Notes: generated from the sequence alone by a model not told the origin. Shown: positions 49,086-59,900, counted from the first letter of the stretch. The stretch is DNA of 64,000 bases from a virus (IMGVR_UViG_2576861548_000003:32001-96000); one strand, 5' to 3'. Made by a program: numbers and translations.

Positions 49086-50423
49086 ATGAATGAATCATTA
49101 TTTATTGAATTTGTAAAAAAAATATGGCCCAAATTGAGCCTATATGTGAAAGAAAAGATCAATGGAACAAATAAGAATTTGACCTATCTTCACAAAACTA
49201 TGCTTACCAGAGTATATTCTCCTGATCAAAAATGGGAAGGTACTTCTGCTAACACTACTTATGTAGCAGCGGATATGGTAGCTATGGATTCTCCTTTGTC
49301 TCCCAAGAAACGTGACTCTATTGCACGTTCTAGTGGTGAATTGCCTAAAGTTGGTATTAAAAAGATTCTGAGAGAAACTCAGATCAACGCTATTAATATC
49401 ATGAAAGCACATTTGTCTAATGCCACTACAGAGGAAGCGCAAAAATCTCTCAAAAACAGAATCTTTTCTCGATTAACTGATGACGGAACCGCATGTTCTG
49501 TTGGTATTGATGAAAGGAATGAAGCTAATTTCCTTACTGGGCTGTCTGATGGGGTTATTATTGTTGAAGGTGATGATGATAAAAATTCCGGTCTCGGACT
49601 TCGTGTAAATTATGGTTATTTGCCAGAACATAGTTTTGGTGTTGTTACTACCGGAGAAGTAACAGGTGATGATATTGAAAGAGTTATAGGTAAAGCCAAC
49701 GATGACGGGAATAGCATTTCTGTTATCATGTTAGCGTTGTCTACCTATAACAAAATGCGTCAATCTCAATGGGCTAAGGAATTGGTGGCAAGTTATCGAG
49801 GGCAAACCTTTGATAATGAAACAAAGTTGCCTGTTCCCACTTCTACGTTGTTTGATGAAGCATTTTCTGATCAATATAATGGCATTTCATTCTTTAAGAT
49901 TGATCGTTCTGTCACTTATGAAAAGAATGGTAAAAGAGTTTCTTATAAGCCGTGGAACGCAAATAAACTTATATTCCTTCCTTCTGCTGACAATGTAGGT
50001 TCTTTTGTATGGGGAACTTTGGCTGAATCTACTAACCCTGTCAAGGGAGTAGAATATACCATTGTTGATGAATATAAGCTGATTAGCCGTTACTCCAAAA
50101 CAGACCCGTTGCAGGAATTTACGAATGGGCAGGCTCTTTGTTTGCCGGTTATTGAGAATGTAGACCAGATTTATTCATTGGATATTCTGGAAGCTCAAAC
50201 AGTAGATACAACGAAAGAATCTGAGGATTCTACTGATGTAAAGATTACGATTTGGGGAGTAACTTACAAGAAGCCAGAATTTGTGACAGAATACAATAAA
50301 ATCGCTGGTAAAAACTTGACTTCCACCGTTTCCGATGATAAACTTATCGCGGCAGTCAACAGATTGAGTGATGCAGACGAAGCATCGTTGAAAAAAGCGG
50401 TTGAATCCCATAAAACAACATAA
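49086..50423 (+). CDS. Major capsid protein
   Basis: 445 aa; AADMVAMDSPLSPKKR..GELPKVG; synteny. Confidence 0.82.
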   Translation: MNESLFIEFVKKIWPKLSLYVKEKINGTNKNLTYLHKTMLTRVYSPDQKWEGTSANTTYVAADMVAMDSPLSPKKRDSIARSSGELPKVGIKKILRETQINAINIMKAHLSNATTEEAQKSLKNRIFSRLTDDGTACSVGIDERNEANFLTGLSDGVIIVEGDDDKNSGLGLRVNYGYLPEHSFGVVTTGEVTGDDIERVIGKANDDGNSISVIMLALSTYNKMRQSQWAKELVASYRGQTFDNETKLPVPTSTLFDEAFSDQYNGISFFKIDRSVTYEKNGKRVSYKPWNANKLIFLPSADNVGSFVWGTLAESTNPVKGVEYTIVDEYKLISRYSKTDPLQEFTNGQALCLPVIENVDQIYSLDILEAQTVDTTKESEDSTDVKITIWGVTYKKPEFVTEYNKIAGKNLTSTVSDDKLIAAVNRLSDADEASLKKAVESHKTT

Positions 50424-50426
50424 TCC

Positions 50427-50765
50427 ATGAAGACAATTCAGCAAGCCCTTATAGACGAAATACATTACCCGATTCCAGCTGGTTTTGTAGAGAATGTTAT
50501 GATTAAACGTAATCTCAAAGTTGATGAAGAGTTTGATTATGACGTTTCTCGTTCCAACGAATATCAGGGGGCATTAGCTGATTGTCTTTGGTCTTTAGTT
50601 CAGTCTATCAATTTTTCTGAAGCAGATAAGTCTTTTGGAGCTTTATCTGATAAAGACAAAGAGCGAATTTTGTTACGTGTCAACTCTATCTACAATACTA
50701 TTGGTGAGCCTTCGGTAGAACTGGAGGCAAAGCCGATGGTATATGTAGGTGATTGCTTGTTGTAG
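50427..50765 (+). CDS. Head-tail adaptor
   Basis: Size and position after MCP. Confidence 0.6.
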   Translation: MKTIQQALIDEIHYPIPAGFVENVMIKRNLKVDEEFDYDVSRSNEYQGALADCLWSLVQSINFSEADKSFGALSDKDKERILLRVNSIYNTIGEPSVELEAKPMVYVGDCLL

Positions 50766-50766
50766 A

Positions 50767-51093
50767 ATGGCAGTATTGAATAGAAAACCCCACCGTTTGT
50801 CATATCTTGTATCCGGTTCTGGATATGATGATGAAAACGGCGATTATCATCCCGGTTCCTCTGAATGGAAAGGCGTGATACCTTGTGATGCCGTACCTGC
50901 TGGAAAAGCGGAACAAAGAGAGTTTGAGGATGGTGTTGTAAGAAGCTATTCATACACGGTTTATCTTCCAAGTGATTGTCGTACGTTTACTATTGGAGAC
51001 AGGGTTAAGATTGATCTTATCGGAGAAATTGAAAGAGAATTTGAAGTGAAAGGTTTTCATCGTTACCAGCTTCAGTGTAAAATTTGGGTTTAG
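50767..51093 (+). CDS. Head closure protein
   Basis: Position; GYDDENGDY; likely start ATG 50767. Confidence 0.6.
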   Translation: MAVLNRKPHRLSYLVSGSGYDDENGDYHPGSSEWKGVIPCDAVPAGKAEQREFEDGVVRSYSYTVYLPSDCRTFTIGDRVKIDLIGEIEREFEVKGFHRYQLQCKIWV

Positions 51094-51096
51094 GAT

Positions 51097-51558
51097 ATGG
51101 GTATAAGAATGGCTACCAAACTTGATGAAATTCATAATACACTTATGAGGGAGGCACAACGGGTTGAAAGGCTAACAATACGCGCTTTGTCGTATCTTGG
51201 AGAACAATGTGTTATCAGGGTACGTGATAGAGGTGGTGATAAAAGTTGGTATGATCAGTCTGGTAATTTGCGTAGTTCAGTTGGCTATGTAATAGCCCGT
51301 AATGGCAGTATTATCCAATACTCGGACTTTAATCAGGTGAAGCAGGGTTCACAAGGTGTAAAAGTCGGTAAAGACCTGGCAGAAGAACTGGCTAGAAGAT
51401 ATTCCAATGACTATGTTCTTGTTATTGTTGCCGGAATGAATTATGCTGAATATGTAGAAGCGATGGATAACAAGGATGTATTAGCATCAACGGAGCTATG
51501 GGCTATAGAACAGGTCCCTAAGATGCTTGAAAAACTGAAAAAACAGATTGCTAGATGA
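51097..51558 (+). CDS. Neck/tail completion protein (HK97 gp10-like)
   Basis: DQSGNLRSSVGY..AGMNYAEYVE. Confidence 0.72.
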   Translation: MGIRMATKLDEIHNTLMREAQRVERLTIRALSYLGEQCVIRVRDRGGDKSWYDQSGNLRSSVGYVIARNGSIIQYSDFNQVKQGSQGVKVGKDLAEELARRYSNDYVLVIVAGMNYAEYVEAMDNKDVLASTELWAIEQVPKMLEKLKKQIAR

Positions 51559-51977
51559 AATCGGACATTGAAATACAGAAGTTTGTCTATCACAAGATTA
51601 AAGGTACAGCTCTTGAACAAAATGTTACTGGAAAATTGAGTGATAGAGGTAGACCTAACAAATCAGACAAGGAAGATATTGTCATATCAGTACTTGCTAA
51701 TGAGGGGTGCGGTCAAATTCAACGGGCTTATGTGAATATCAATGTTTACGTTAGTGACCAATGGAATGAAGATACGAAACAATGGGAACGAAATACAGTC
51801 CGTGTAGGCAAATTATGCGAATTATGTAAGTTCCTTTTCTCCATACGAGAGGAAGAGTATCATACGGTACCTAAGCAATGTTCTCAGAAAACCATTCCAA
51901 CAGGAGTGACCTTTGAAGATGGACATACCGAACATTTCATTAATAACAAACTGTATATTGAGATAAATAACGAATAA
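51555..51977 (+). CDS. Tail terminator protein
   Basis: Position before tail tube gene. Confidence 0.6.
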   Translation: MKSDIEIQKFVYHKIKGTALEQNVTGKLSDRGRPNKSDKEDIVISVLANEGCGQIQRAYVNINVYVSDQWNEDTKQWERNTVRVGKLCELCKFLFSIREEEYHTVPKQCSQKTIPTGVTFEDGHTEHFINNKLYIEINNE

Positions 51978-52006
51978 TTATTAACTATATTAAATGATAT
52001 AGAATT

Positions 52007-52555
52007 ATGGCAGTAATCGGGTGGGGGAAACCACGTATATTTATTAAAGATTTGGATGCAAGTTCTCCAAAGTGGGAAGAGCTTCCGACTCCTGTAGAGG
52101 ATTCTACACAATTGACAACAACCAAAGGAGATAAACAGGAAGCCAAGATTGAAGGTGGGGAAAACGAAGACGTAAAGTATGGCAAAAATACTTATGCTCT
52201 TGCTCTCAACATTCGTGCCGCAAAGGGACGCAAAAGACCTATTAGTGATAGTGATGGTGTAGTTGCTCACAATTACGCTATTGCGTTACAGCCGGAGGAT
52301 CCGGAAGTTCAGGGTTTCTGTATGGAAAAGACTACTGTTTCTGTTGAAGATACATTTACTACGGCAGATGGTGGTGTTTGGGCGTATATGTTTGATGCAT
52401 TAAAACCTGGTGCCGACAAAAAGCAAATTCAATGGGGTAAAATTATTGTAACTCCGAACACTGGTACACCAACTAAAATTGAATGTGATCCAGAAGATGA
52501 ATCCGGAGATGGGGATAAGTTTGAAGTAGCTCCTAATCCTGGTATAGGAGGTTAA
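52007..52555 (+). CDS. Major tail tube protein
   Basis: 182 aa; position; TPVEDSTQLTTTKGD. Confidence 0.72.
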   Translation: MAVIGWGKPRIFIKDLDASSPKWEELPTPVEDSTQLTTTKGDKQEAKIEGGENEDVKYGKNTYALALNIRAAKGRKRPISDSDGVVAHNYAIALQPEDPEVQGFCMEKTTVSVEDTFTTADGGVWAYMFDALKPGADKKQIQWGKIIVTPNTGTPTKIECDPEDESGDGDKFEVAPNPGIGG

Positions 52556-52603
52556 GTTTTGATAGGTAATGCCGAGCGTGGGGGCGTAGTACCCACGTGT
52601 TTT

Positions 52604-52674
52604 GCGGAGATGGTGTAATGGTTGCATATATATCATCCAGATATCAGGTTACGGTTCAAGTCCGTATCTCCGCT
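52604..52674 (+). tRNA. Second atypical tRNA-Gly(TCC)-like gene, in tail operon
   Basis: GCGGAGA/TCTCCGC-T acceptor; TACGG-TTCAAGT-CCGTA T-arm; loop CATCCAG with A at position 33. Confidence 0.72.
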
Positions 52675-52748
52675 CTGTTTTTTGAGAATCTGATTTGTTG
52701 TTCATAATTTAATGTCGGTTGTCTGTGAAGATAGCCGATAAAAAATAA

Positions 52749-53468
52749 TTGATGATGAAAGAAACTATAAAAGATATAGACGCGGATATTGCTGATATAA
52801 TAATGAGCGTTCCGAGAGGATTTAAAGTGGGTAAAAGAAAGTTCTATCTTTATCCTATTACTCTTGGTAAAACATATCTTATTTCACGCCTTATGTCTTC
52901 CTTGAATATAAATCTAAAAATAGTACACGCTAATCCATACATGGAGGCTTTAAGGCTATGCCAAGACAAGAAAAATATTGTATGCCGTATATTATCCTAT
53001 CACACAATTAATAAGAAAAAAGATTTGTTTGATAATGATGTGATTCAGGAAAGATGTGATTTTTTTATTAAAGAACTTGATAATGAAAGTTTGGCACAAC
53101 TGCTTGTGATGGTCCTTTCCGAAGGGGATATATCTCAATTTACTAAGCATTTAGGCATTGACAAAGAAAAAGAGTGGCAAGAAAAGGCGATGAAGGCTAA
53201 AAGAGACAATAATTCTTTCGTTTTCGGTGGAAAAAGTATATACGGTACACTAATAAGTTCTGCTTGTGAACGTTATGGCTGGACTTTTGAATATGTTGTA
53301 TGGGGAATAAGCTATGCCAATCTGCAACTACTTCTTGCCGATTCTATAACGTCTATCTATTTGTCTGACGAAGAACGTAAGCGAGTTAATATACCTAAAG
53401 ACCGCAACGTGATAAATGCTGATGATCCGGCAAATATGGCAAGGATTAAGGCAATGAAATGGGATTGA
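52749..53468 (+). CDS. Tail assembly chaperone
   Basis: Position between tail tube and tape measure genes. Confidence 0.6.
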   Translation: MMMKETIKDIDADIADIIMSVPRGFKVGKRKFYLYPITLGKTYLISRLMSSLNINLKIVHANPYMEALRLCQDKKNIVCRILSYHTINKKKDLFDNDVIQERCDFFIKELDNESLAQLLVMVLSEGDISQFTKHLGIDKEKEWQEKAMKAKRDNNSFVFGGKSIYGTLISSACERYGWTFEYVVWGISYANLQLLLADSITSIYLSDEERKRVNIPKDRNVINADDPANMARIKAMKWD

Positions 53469-53495
53469 TTCAACATAAATGTATGCAATAACTGG

Positions 53496-53558
53496 GTTTC
53501 TTCGGAAATAACCCCAGTTTCTTCCGAAATAACCCCAGTTTCTTCGAAAATAATACGG
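53496..53558. repeat. Three 21-bp repeats, inverted copies of initiator-gene iterons
   Basis: GTTTCTTCGGAAATAACCCCA period; 18-nt exact reverse complement of 22162..22179. Confidence 0.8.
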
Positions 53559-54089
53559 TATTATTCCGTGATTAATCACTGATTATTCCGTGATCACTAC
53601 GTCAACACTACGTGATTTTTAAAATATATTAATTCTTATCTGTTTTATATTGAATATAGATAAAAATATCTATATTTGCATCTGTAACAAGTACGAGATG
53701 TTACCAGACATTGATTCAGTATTCTCCTGTACGGAGTTTATATATGAATAGCCTCGTAGTAGCTCGTACCTATTACGGGGCTTTCTATTTAAAGCCAGTT
53801 ATACAATCGGTTCTATCAGTGCCAACCGTTCCGAACTTTGACAGCGGAGAGATAAAATGGCTCTTATGTTTTGCACTATATGTCTTTTATTGGAAAGTCC
53901 TGCTCTGTTCCTATCACCTAACAACAGGCGCCCAAGCGTTGTATTACGATAACCAATAAGGGATGAATCAAAGATATTGGAGAAGTATTGAGTGTTAAAG
54001 CAACAAAATGGATAATTGAAGTTTAATAAAGTCCATCCACCTCCTAATAATTATCTTGGGAGAAAGGGTGAGGTATAAAATTAGTCAAC

Positions 54090-54575
54090 ATGGAAGAGAT
54101 ATATTCGTTTGAAGAAATTGCAGATTATATCAATAAGCGTAATTTAGCCGTATCTCCTGAGTACGTTGTTAGTTATTGGACAAAGAAAAAATGGATAACT
54201 AAGAAAGGGACTCCTGTAAAAACATTAGCTGCTGTTGTTGATGTTGCTAATAGCATATTTCTCACTAAAAAGAGAAGAGAGAAAGGAGAGCCAACTTCTA
54301 ATTTAAAATCTCTTCGGAAAATGAAGAGAGAAAAAGAAAAATTAGAATATACTAAATTTACCACTTATAATAACCAACTTCAAGATGATAGATGGATAGC
54401 GTTTAGAAACTTTGTTCTTACAGCAAGAGGGAAACGTTGTGAAAAATGTGGGAGTGACAAACATATTAAAATACATCATCCATATTATATTAAAGGAAGA
54501 GCTGCATGGGAATACAACTGCTTAGATGTTATCGTATTATGTAGTTGTTGTCATGAAAAAGAGCATCACATTTAA
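54090..54575 (+). CDS. HNH endonuclease with N-terminal phage Rep C-terminal-like domain
   Basis: CEKCG..IHH..LCSCCHEKEH; N-term SFEEIADY..PEYVVSYW...KW. Confidence 0.72.
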   Translation: MEEIYSFEEIADYINKRNLAVSPEYVVSYWTKKKWITKKGTPVKTLAAVVDVANSIFLTKKRREKGEPTSNLKSLRKMKREKEKLEYTKFTTYNNQLQDDRWIAFRNFVLTARGKRCEKCGSDKHIKIHHPYYIKGRAAWEYNCLDVIVLCSCCHEKEHHI

Positions 54576-54604
54576 AAGAACAATATAACTTTAAATTATA
54601 GTTT

Positions 54605-54694
54605 ATGAATGAACTTGTTTTCAAAGGTCAGAATGACCAAGTTTTAACAAGCAGCCTATTCAGTCTAAAAGTAAAGGGCAATAAATCACGATAG
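54605..54694 (+). pseudogene. Truncated Rha-family regulator remnant
   Basis: MNELVFKGQNDQVLTSSL resembles Rha N-termini, then runs into a terminator and stops. Confidence 0.55.
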
Positions 54695-54720
54695 GCTTTG
54701 TGTAACCATCGTGATTTATT
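54680..54720. terminator. Bidirectional terminator
   Basis: AATAAATCACGAT..ATCGTGATTTATT between convergent genes. Confidence 0.7.
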
Positions 54721-54751
54721 GGTAGTAAAATAGAACATATATAGCATCTAA

Positions 54752-55624
54752 TTAGGAAACTATTTCTCCAGTATCCTTATTTAATATCAGATGGTATTTC
54801 TTTTTTTCTCCTACTTTGGTAGTGGCTTCAATGTCTAATATTACGTTATCTTTATCTAATGAATATATGGATTGGTTAACTCTTATCTCTTCATCGGTGA
54901 TGGGTACCTGCCAAATTAGATATTCATCATATATATACATTGAAAGGTCGACACACATAACCATATTGTCATAGATATATACCATATTACTGTAAGATAT
55001 AGGCAAGTAATTATTTCTTTCAATTTCTTTAATCCATCCTTCGGTACCTGTAGCATTATTCCCAATTGTCTGCTTTAAATCACTATCCAATACTCCAATT
55101 TCGTAACCTCCTGTTCTTGTGGTTATATAAATGGCAACATATTCTCCATACCAATCTGCTATTGCTTCTGGATAGAAGACAGTTTCTTCAAAGCCATTAT
55201 TATGTTCTTTATCAAAATATTCTTTTTTAAGGACCTTACCATCTTTTATTTTCAAGATGAATTTATGTGGGTGATTAGCCATATTTGCGTATAAGCTAAC
55301 CAATATATAGAAATAGTCGTCTTTTTTTAAGGCACTTTGAAGAAAACACCCGTTGACTATATATTCTCTTTTATCTCCGAACCCAAGATCATGAGTGTAA
55401 TTCTCTGCTTTATCTTTGATAGTAAATACCTTGTTCCCTGATTCATCAATAGCCTCTATATAGTAATCTCCTTCAAAGATATAGGCTTGTAGTTTTAAAT
55501 CATCTACTAAGATAGCACTGTCTATTTTATATTGGGGCTGATCTGGTTCATTAACAAGATTGTCGTTTGAACTACAACTTGTAAATATAATTATTGCTAT
55601 TATAAAGAATAAATTTTTTCTCAT
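54752..55624 (-). CDS. Lipoprotein moron
   Basis: MRKNLFFIIAIIIFTSC lipobox; opposite strand to tail genes. Confidence 0.8.
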   Translation of the reverse strand: MRKNLFFIIAIIIFTSCSSNDNLVNEPDQPQYKIDSAILVDDLKLQAYIFEGDYYIEAIDESGNKVFTIKDKAENYTHDLGFGDKREYIVNGCFLQSALKKDDYFYILVSLYANMANHPHKFILKIKDGKVLKKEYFDKEHNNGFEETVFYPEAIADWYGEYVAIYITTRTGGYEIGVLDSDLKQTIGNNATGTEGWIKEIERNNYLPISYSNMVYIYDNMVMCVDLSMYIYDEYLIWQVPITDEEIRVNQSIYSLDKDNVILDIEATTKVGEKKKYHLILNKDTGEIVS

Positions 55625-55637
55625 AAGTTGTCTGTTG

Positions 55638-56762
55638 TTATTCCCTTATTGCCATTTTAAGTGATTCTTCTAGTTTTCCTGCATATTTAAATATATCGTC
55701 TATACTGTCAATCTGAAGCCATTCGCAACTCTTGTAGTTATCTAATGGTATTCCTATCTGCTTCTTTCTTGCGCCAATAGAGATACGGCATATCCAAAAC
55801 CACTGGCTGTTATCAAGGTTCACGACGAAGTAGCTCTTGTAGTCTCTATAGGTTATACGTGTTACATCCACGCTTTTTCTTAAAATACTTCTTACGATAT
55901 TGTAAGCATCCAATTCTTCTTGCGTCGTTACAACACCGGATTCTTTGTCCATATATACAACTCCGTCCGGGAGTTTCTCTTCTGTATTTTCTGTGGAAGT
56001 ATTTATGGATGTATTGTCTGACATCTGGAGTGGATCAGATGTCTGCTCACCATTCTTTATGGCTGTGTTTAGCCTATCTGAAATGATGTCATTGATAATT
56101 GATGAGATGGATTTCTTTACAAGTGGAGTGAACATATCTATAACCTTGGATGTGATTTGCCCGGAAGTATATGCTTGGCGGGCGAAGAATCGTACAAATT
56201 CAGGTGTTGGCGATGAAAACTCGTTGTTTAGTATAGACTTTATCTCCGTTGTATATTTAAGTTCATTTGCCGTACTTAGAACATCCTCTTCGTTGTAATA
56301 TGATTTATGAAACTTTTTTAGCTGTTCTATATCCGCATCTGATAACTCAAGCATATCCACAATAAGAAACGGCTTTTCATCCATGATGTTGATTTTCTCC
56401 AAGTCTGTATAAAAGCGGTATTCTATCCCATTGGTAAGTACTCCAAATCGTGCTTTTGATGCAACAAAATACTTCTGTAGTTGCGTGTCATGCAAGTTTA
56501 AGTCCTGTTTGCAGTGTTTGCATTCTATGAGTATTATTGGGCTTTCGTCCTTCATTATGGCGTAGTCAATCTTTTCTCCCTTTTTCTTTATAAGGTCGCA
56601 ATCAAGTTCTGGAATGACTTCAAAAGGATTAAATACATCGTAGCCTAAAGCAGCGATCATAGGCATAATAAATGCTGTTTTCGTAGCCTCTTCTGTAGCT
56701 ATACTATCCTTTTGCTTTTGGATACGTTCTGCAAGTTGTAAGATTTGATCTTTAAAGTCCAT
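55638..56762 (-). CDS. HsdR_N-domain (type I restriction N-terminal) nuclease-like moron
   Basis: TEEATKTAFIMP..LGYDVFNP..KIDYAI..IECK..QLQKYF..LTNGIEYRFY; no helicase domain; likely start 56762. Confidence 0.85.
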   Translation of the reverse strand: MDFKDQILQLAERIQKQKDSIATEEATKTAFIMPMIAALGYDVFNPFEVIPELDCDLIKKKGEKIDYAIMKDESPIILIECKHCKQDLNLHDTQLQKYFVASKARFGVLTNGIEYRFYTDLEKINIMDEKPFLIVDMLELSDADIEQLKKFHKSYYNEEDVLSTANELKYTTEIKSILNNEFSSPTPEFVRFFARQAYTSGQITSKVIDMFTPLVKKSISSIINDIISDRLNTAIKNGEQTSDPLQMSDNTSINTSTENTEEKLPDGVVYMDKESGVVTTQEELDAYNIVRSILRKSVDVTRITYRDYKSYFVVNLDNSQWFWICRISIGARKKQIGIPLDNYKSCEWLQIDSIDDIFKYAGKLEESLKMAIRE

Positions 56763-56864
56763 GCTTTTATTGTTGTATAATAATATATGCACAAATATAT
56801 TTTATATAACAATATAAACAAAATTAAAGATAAAAAAATAATCTATTAAATATGTTTTTGCTAT

Positions 56865-56901
56865 GTATGTGGCATTTAATACGTCACTTTTATTATCTTT
56901 G
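56865..56901 (+). promoter_or_regulatory. Palindromic promoter motif, copy 5 (tape measure)
   Basis: GTATGTGG-N11-TCACTTTT-N2-TATCTTTG. Confidence 0.7.
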
Positions 56902-56947
56902 CAATGCCGTGTGATGTTGCACGGAACTATTTCTATCGAAAAGACTT

Positions 56948-59900
56948 ATGGCTGGATTACACTTCGACATAACCGGTGACAACTCCAACTTTATACGTAA
57001 ACTTCATGAGTGTGAAAATGGAGTAAAAAACACATCCCGACAAATAGAACAAAGTGGGTTAGGTATAGAAGATTTATTTAACCGTATGACTAAAGCTGCT
57101 GCCGCATTCGGAGTTGGTTTCACTGCGAAAGAATTAATTTCAAATATAGCACATGTTCGCGGCGAGTTTCAACAATTGGAAGTTGCATTTAAGACAATGC
57201 TTGGTAGCGAAGATAAAGCTAATGCTCTTATGCAACAGTTGGTCAAAACAGCTGCTACTACACCATTTGATTTGCAAGGAGTTGCAAATGGAGCCAAACA
57301 GCTTCTTGCTTACGGAGAAAACGTTGAGAATGTCAATGATGATTTGATACGTCTTGGGAATATAGCAGCAGGTCTTTCTCAGCCGCTTGGTGATATTGTG
57401 TATTTGTACGGTACTACCATGACGCAAGGACGGTTATACACGGCGGATTTAAACCAATTTACTGGCCGTGGTATCCCTATGATTCGCGAATTAGCAAAAG
57501 TATTTGGTGTCGCTGAAGGGAAAGTAAAAGGTTTGGTTGAAGCAGGGAGGGTTGGTTTTCCTGAAGTGCAGAAAGTTATCCAGAATCTTACAAATGAAGG
57601 TGGAATGTTTTTCAACTTGATGCAGGAACAATCTAAAACGATTGCTGGTCAGATTTCAAATATTGAAGATGCAATTGCTACTATGTTCAATGAAATTGGT
57701 AAAGCCAATGAAGGTATTATCAATGATGCTTTGTCTGGGGTTTCTTATCTGGTTGAAAACTACGAAAAGGTAGGAGCTCTTTTATTAGAAATAGTAGGAA
57801 CTTATGGAGTATACCGTACAGCCCTTATGGCTACGACTGCATTGCAGGCTTTGCAAGCTTCCGGTATAACTGCTTTAACGGCGAAAGAAGCTATTCATTA
57901 TGGGTGGTTAGTGCTTACGAAGAAAGCTCAAGATGCCTTAAATTTATCCATGCTTAAAAATCCTTATATATTGGTTGCTGCATCTATTGCAGGATTGGTT
58001 TATGGTATATATAAATTTGCTACAGCAGAAAGTGATACGGAACAAGCAATTCGTAAAACGAACGATGCACTTGAGGCACAAAATAATCATTATGAAGAGT
58101 TGAAAAATAAGGCAAGTCAACTCTCTAATATTTTAAGTGATGAATCTAAATCTATAGAAGAGCGTTTCATTGCATATCGTAAACTTCAGCGTTTAATGCC
58201 AGAAGTTTTTAAAGATATGGATTGGGAAGCAGCTAAACGGAAAACAAATGCTGAGCTTACAAAACTTGAGAATGATGAACTTTTAAGACAGCAACGTATT
58301 GGGCTAAAAACAAAGGTTGTAATGTCTCAACAAAAAATACAGGGGCTAAGGAGTAGCTTAATAAAAACTCAAAATGCTGGTGGGTATACTGGGGCATTAA
58401 AGGAAGATTTAGCTGCTGCTGAAAAAGAATTGGAAATATATCAAGAGGCCCTTAAGGCTTTTGAGGAAGCCAAAGAAGAATCGAAAAAAGCTAAAAATGC
58501 TCCAACTGTACAAGACAAAGAATATTGGGAGAATCAAAAAAAAGAAGCTGAAAATGCCTTAGAATCTATTGCATCTTCTCAAAAGAGATTGTTGGACGCT
58601 GGTAACTTTAAAGGTATAGATACTGCTGTTGTAAAGAGTTACAAGGATAATGTTAAAAAGCTAAAGGAGGCTGAAAAAGAACTGAAGGTTTATGACACCT
58701 CTTCCAAACAGGAATCTGCTGCTGAAAAACTTCGCAAACAGCAAGAAGGCATTCGTTCCCAGAATGATAAGATCTCTGAAATAGAACGCAAACAGGCAAT
58801 CCAGCGTAAAAGGCAGGCTGAAGATATGGAAATGGAAATCTCACAGTCTGAGATCAATGCCATGGCTGATGGATCTGAGAAAAAACGTATGCAGAGGGAA
58901 TTGGATAACCGGAAAGAGATCCAATCACTGGAAAGGCAAAAAGAAGATATGATCCAGGCTGTAATTCAAGCTGAGAAAGAGATTTTTGATGCTCAGGAAG
59001 AGTTGAAGGTTAAAGAGAATAACAAATATCAGAAAAAGACTTTTGATTCTTCTAAGGTGGATACAGAGAAGATTAGCTCTATCTGGGATACCATTATAGG
59101 GAACACGTCTAGAAAGCAACTTGATGATAAAATACGCGAACAAGAGGCGTCTTGGAACGAATATCTTATCAAGTTTGGCAACTATCAACAGAAAAGGCTG
59201 GCCATTATTGAGAAATATGATAGGGCCATAAAGGAGGCCGAAACGGCGGGGGATGTAGCTATCTTGATGAAAGAGAAAGCTAATGCGCTTGATGATTTTG
59301 ACAACTCCGTAAAGAATAGTACAACCTTAATGGGGCAGCTCTTTGCTGATGCTTCCCAAAAGAGTGTGAACGAGATTCAGTCCATCATTGCAAAAGCCGA
59401 ATTATTGATGCAATACCTTGGTGCCGTTAAGGATGAACAGGGAAATGCTCAAATCGGTGGAAAGACAGTTTCAAAGAAGGATATTTTAGGTCTTGGGATA
59501 AGTGACAATACCCTTCAAAATTTAGAACTTTCAACCGAGCAAACAGAGGCACTAAGAAATGCTATTGGTCGTTTAAAAGAGGAATTGGGAGCAAAGAGTC
59601 CTTTTGCGCTTTTCAAAAAGCAAGTAAAAGAAGCGGCAGGTGAAATAGCGAAAGGAGGTCAGGAAAATATTGCTCGAGGGATTGCAGGGATCGGAAGTGC
59701 TATTGTTCAATTTACTCCTGCTATATCTCAGTTTGGTCAGGATCTTGGTACAATATTTGGCAACGACGATCTTGGTAATAAAATAGCTGGTATTTCTGAT
59801 GCGTTAGGTGGAGTTGGCCAAACAGCCATGGGAGTTGGCCAGATAATGTCTGGTGATATTGTAGGTGGTGCTATGAGTGCTGTTTCCGGTATTTCATCAG

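Noticed and set aside
53496-53615. CRISPR-like array
   Set aside because: Tandem units without unique spacers and no cas genes; better explained as iterons
55638-56762. Complete type I restriction-modification system
   Set aside because: Only the HsdR N-terminal domain; no hsdM, hsdS or helicase motifs
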